64,000 nucleotides of DNA from an uncultured bacterium (lineage in GTDB: Bacteria; Krumholzibacteriota; Krumholzibacteriia; LZORAL124-64-63): positions 3,361 through 67,360 of the forward strand of contig CBDURF010000001.1 of assembly GCA_965369705.1 (NCBI GenBank), written 5' to 3'. This document shows positions 61,243 through 64,000 of the stretch, one piece after another; position 1 is the stretch's first letter, and every line of letters begins with the position of its first letter. Below the pieces are notes generated by a model that saw only the letters and a list, made by a program, of their open reading frames with translations, had not been told where the DNA came from and did not search any database. Both the position numbers and the translations under genes were made by a program.

Positions 61243-62148
61243 TCAAGCGGTCACCGGTATCGGCGCGATCATGCGCACGGTCAGTTTTTCCGGAAGAACC
61301 TCAATGGTGTGGCGGCCGGCCGGCATGACCTTCGGTTCACCGTCGAGATGAACGGCCACCGGTTCGGCGCAGGTAAAGTTCAGGCGCGGGCACTGCACCA
61401 CGCTGATTGCTTCGTGCTCGAGACGCTCGCCACGCGAGGCCGCCGGCAGCAGTTTCAAGCCGGTCACCGGACCCACCGGTCGGATCAGGCAGGCGTCCAG
61501 CAGACCATCGTCGTACCGCGCGTCCGGAGCGAAACGGAAGCCGCCGCCGGTGAGGGGCCCGTTGCAGATCTCGGCGAAGAAGAAGCGACCTGAAATTGTT
61601 TCCGGACCGTCGTTCCGCTCGATCTCCCAGACGACCTCCTGCCCCCGATAATTCAACATGGTGGCCACGGCGGCAAGGGTGTAACGGCCGCTGCCCAACC
61701 AGCGCCAGAGGCGGGCGGCCCGACCCGAAACCAGGCCGCTGGCCAGCAGCCCCAAGGAGTTGACGAAAATTTCGCCGTCGAAGGCGCAGACATCCAGGCT
61801 CATATCCTGTCCGGCGGCGATGGCCGCGAGCCCTTCGTCCACGGTGGCGCAGCCGATACCGACGGCGAAATCGTTGCCGCTCCCGGTCGGCAACACCGCC
61901 AGGGGGCAGCCGGTTCCCGCCAGACCCGTCGCCGCCTCGTGCACCGTGCCGTCGCCCCCTACAGCCACCACCAGATCGAAACGGCCCGCCGCCCGGCCGG
62001 CCTGGACCACCGCGTCACCGGGCCCGGCGGTCAGGCGAACCTCGACCTCATGGCCCATCTTTCGCAACAGGTCGCCGGCCTCCTCGCCGCCCAACCGGTT
62101 GCGGGAGCGGCCGGAATAGGGATTGGCGATTACGAGGGAGCGGCTCAA
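61243..62148 (-). CDS. diacylglycerol-kinase-catalytic-domain lipid kinase (YegS/BmrU family)
   Basis: VAVGGDGTVHEAATGL...TGSGNDFA DAGK_cat motifs. Confidence 0.8.
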   Translation of the reverse strand: MSRSLVIANPYSGRSRNRLGGEEAGDLLRKMGHEVEVRLTAGPGDAVVQAGRAAGRFDLVVAVGGDGTVHEAATGLAGTGCPLAVLPTGSGNDFAVGIGCATVDEGLAAIAAGQDMSLDVCAFDGEIFVNSLGLLASGLVSGRAARLWRWLGSGRYTLAAVATMLNYRGQEVVWEIERNDGPETISGRFFFAEICNGPLTGGGFRFAPDARYDDGLLDACLIRPVGPVTGLKLLPAASRGERLEHEAISVVQCPRLNFTCAEPVAVHLDGEPKVMPAGRHTIEVLPEKLTVRMIAPIPVTA

Positions 62149-62196
62149 GGAAATCTCCGGTCATGACTTCGGGCATGAAGAGCGGGGAAGAAAAAA

Positions 62197-62294
62197 TGGC
62201 GGGAATGTGTGGGAATCGAACCCACCTCGGACGGTAAACGCGCCCGACAAAAGGATTTGAAGTCCCCGGCCGTCACCAGACGACACTCATTCCC
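62197..62294 (-). tRNA. selC: tRNA-Sec (selenocysteine tRNA, anticodon UCA)
   Basis: About 98 nt. Anticodon loop CUUCAAA, 6-bp D stem (GUCGUC/GACGGC), 7-bp long variable arm, T loop UUCGAUU, 8-nt acceptor, G73, CCA. Near-colinear with E. coli selC. Confidence 0.8.
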
Positions 62295-62329
62295 GCATAA
62301 ACTCCTGCCCGGGCGCGGGCATATCCAGT

Positions 62330-62713
62330 TTAAGAACGATAGGCCACCATCTCGATTTCCACCAGTACATCTTTGGGCAGACGCGAGACCTCGACCACGC
62401 TGCGGGCAGGCGGTTCGGCGCTGAAAAACGTCTGGTAGACCTCGTTGATGTTGGCGAACTCACCCATGTCCAGGATGAAGACCGTGACCTTGACCACGTC
62501 GTCCAAGGTCAGACCGCCGGCTTCGACGACGGCCTTGGCGTTGGCCAGGGCCTGGCGCGCCTGTTCGGCCGCGGTCGCGCCCACGATTTCCATGGTGGTC
62601 GGATCCAGCGGGATCTGACCCGCCGTGAACAGGAAACCGCCCGCGGCGTTGGCCTGGCTGTAGGGCCCGATGGCGGCGGGAGCGTGGTCGGTTTGGATGA
62701 TATGACGGGTCAT
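62330..62713 (-). CDS. ridA: RidA/YjgF-family enamine/imine deaminase
   Basis: MTRHIIQTDHAPAAIGPYSQA...RSVVEVSRLP; 127 aa from the ATG at 62713. Confidence 0.88.
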   Translation of the reverse strand: MTRHIIQTDHAPAAIGPYSQANAAGGFLFTAGQIPLDPTTMEIVGATAAEQARQALANAKAVVEAGGLTLDDVVKVTVFILDMGEFANINEVYQTFFSAEPPARSVVEVSRLPKDVLVEIEMVAYRS

Positions 62714-62821
62714 GAGCGCATCTCCAGGCTTGGGTTGGGGTTCCGTCCATATCCTACATCGGAACCACCACCATGCCAACGGCCGATCACCCCAACCATC
62801 CGTTCTCGGAGAGCTCCCGCG

Positions 62822-64000
62822 TTACCTGATCAGGGAGATTTTTTTAACCGTCAGCTGGGCCTCGGGTGTCCGTGCCTGCACCAGATACGTCCCTGACGGC
62901 ATGGAACGCCCAAGCCGATCGCGCCCGTCCCACACAGCGGAATGAAAGCCTCCGTCGGTGAGAGTTCCCCGCCAGAGCATCTGGATCCGCCGTCCCCTCA
63001 GGTCCAGCACCTCGAGTGTGACCTGGGTGGCGGCGACGCTCATCACCGTCACTGAAATCTGAGGATTGAACGGATTGGGACTGGCCGCCAGTTCCAGGAT
63101 CGAGGTGGTCACAGCGGGGACTGTTCGGTCAACTACCGACACGGCCGGGCCGCGAATGGCGACGATCCCGCCCAGACCTGCGTCAACGTCGATGAAGCCG
63201 ATATTCGGTTCAGGGATGGCAAAGTAGCTGGGCAGGCTGGTTTCGTCGCCCCAGATTTCAATGGACCCATCGGCATGCAACCCGACCACGGTGTAATACC
63301 CCAAAGCGTCGATGGCCACCAGGTCATGATTGCCCTCGGTGGGGGTCTGGAAGTAGTCGCCCCAGGCAACGATGGTGCCGTCGGCCAGCAGCCCGATCCC
63401 GAAGCCGTTGCCCGCGGCCACGTCCACATAGCCGGTGTTCGGTTCGGGTACGTCCAGTTCGTTCCGAAGATTCGAACCCCAGGCCACGATGGAACTGTCG
63501 GCTTTCAGTCCCAGACAAAAATCATTTCCCGCCGAGATGGCGATGAACCCCGTATTGGGTTCAGGCACCGTTTGATCATGGATCCCCACGTCTCCGATGA
63601 CATCGATCGAGCCGCCTGCGCGCAATCCCAGGAAGTGCTGCCGCCCAGCGGCCACGGCCACGTAGTCCGAATTCGGGAAAGGTTCGAGGGAGTAGCCGAA
63701 AGGATCTTTCCAGGCCACGATGGTGCCGTCGTTCTTCAGCCCCGCAGCACCGTCGTGGGTGGTGGCCACCTGCACGAAACGGGTGTTGGGTTCGGGAACG
63801 TCCGGCAGGGTTCCCCAGGTGGAGATGGAGCCGTTGCTGTCCAGGACCAGCCCGCTGTAGTTGGAATAGGAGACATCCACGGGGTCTGCAGTTGGGGGCC
63901 GGACCCCGCATTGCCCCGAGCCATTACTCCCCCATCCGGCAACCGTGCCGTCGGTGCGCAGACCCAGGCTGTGGAAGTAGCCCGCGGCCATATCAATATA
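62822..64000 (-). CDS. secreted RCC1-like beta-propeller repeat protein with C-terminal T9SS-type sorting domain, 5'-partial
   Basis: Repeated GxxHxLGLxxDGxVxAWG units. C-terminus PNPFNPQISVTV...GTYLVQARTPEAQLTVKKISLIR. Frame is open to the window end. Confidence 0.75.
   Translation of the reverse strand, partial: YIDMAAGYFHSLGLRTDGTVAGWGSNGSGQCGVRPPTADPVDVSYSNYSGLVLDSNGSISTWGTLPDVPEPNTRFVQVATTHDGAAGLKNDGTIVAWKDPFGYSLEPFPNSDYVAVAAGRQHFLGLRAGGSIDVIGDVGIHDQTVPEPNTGFIAISAGNDFCLGLKADSSIVAWGSNLRNELDVPEPNTGYVDVAAGNGFGIGLLADGTIVAWGDYFQTPTEGNHDLVAIDALGYYTVVGLHADGSIEIWGDETSLPSYFAIPEPNIGFIDVDAGLGGIVAIRGPAVSVVDRTVPAVTTSILELAASPNPFNPQISVTVMSVAATQVTLEVLDLRGRRIQMLWRGTLTDGGFHSAVWDGRDRLGRSMPSGTYLVQARTPEAQLTVKKISLIR

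Noticed and set aside
62209-62424. 71-aa + strand ORF.
   Set aside because: It overlaps the tRNA-Sec gene and the intergenic spacer, and has no coding signal.

Overview
High-GC (roughly 65-68%) bacterial chromosomal segment, gene-dense and almost all on the minus strand. Three secreted proteins carry a C-terminal sorting domain of the type IX secretion system (T9SS) type (PNPFNP ... KK-x-L-L/I-R/H). That places it in the Fibrobacteres-Chlorobi-Bacteroidetes (FCB) superphylum, for example a Gemmatimonadetes-like or candidate-phylum genome. Coding content:
- a fatty-acid/butyrate beta-oxidation cluster (three acyl-CoA dehydrogenase paralogs, 3-hydroxybutyryl-CoA dehydrogenase, thiolase) interrupted by a large secreted M14 carboxypeptidase;
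- a secreted-hydrolase neighbourhood: lamin-tail-domain protein, Gfo/Idh/MocA oxidoreductase, two M1 metallopeptidases flanking a small DUF2007 zinc-ribbon protein, and a GH13 alpha-amylase;
- uvrD/pcrA helicase, then a bamA-like Omp85 gene overlapping tamB;
- a long housekeeping run: rseP-dxr-cdsA-uppS-frr-pyrH, tsf-rpsB, rpsI-rplM, mtnA-maf-dtd-rel-recJ;
- RNase P RNA, an N-terminally extended RNase HI and a COG1579 zinc-ribbon protein;
- tRNA-Val/tRNA-Met, rpoD-dnaG, mutS2-cvpA-yqeY-rsmE, dnaJ-grpE-hrcA (no dnaK, no CIRCE seen), hemW-lepB-lepA, and a tRNA-Sec (selC).
No CRISPR array, mobile element, or recognisable defence or toxin system was found. The most unusual items are selC, the translationally coupled DUF2007-zinc-ribbon / T9SS-peptidase pair, and the RNase P RNA / extended RNase H / zinc-ribbon neighbourhood; I did not find a clearly novel multi-gene system. 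Many ORF-caller starts are upstream over-extensions in this GC-rich DNA; I re-placed them using conserved N-termini, Shine-Dalgarno motifs and 4-nt stop/start overlaps. Hand-indexed RNA and motif coordinates may be off by 1-2 nt.
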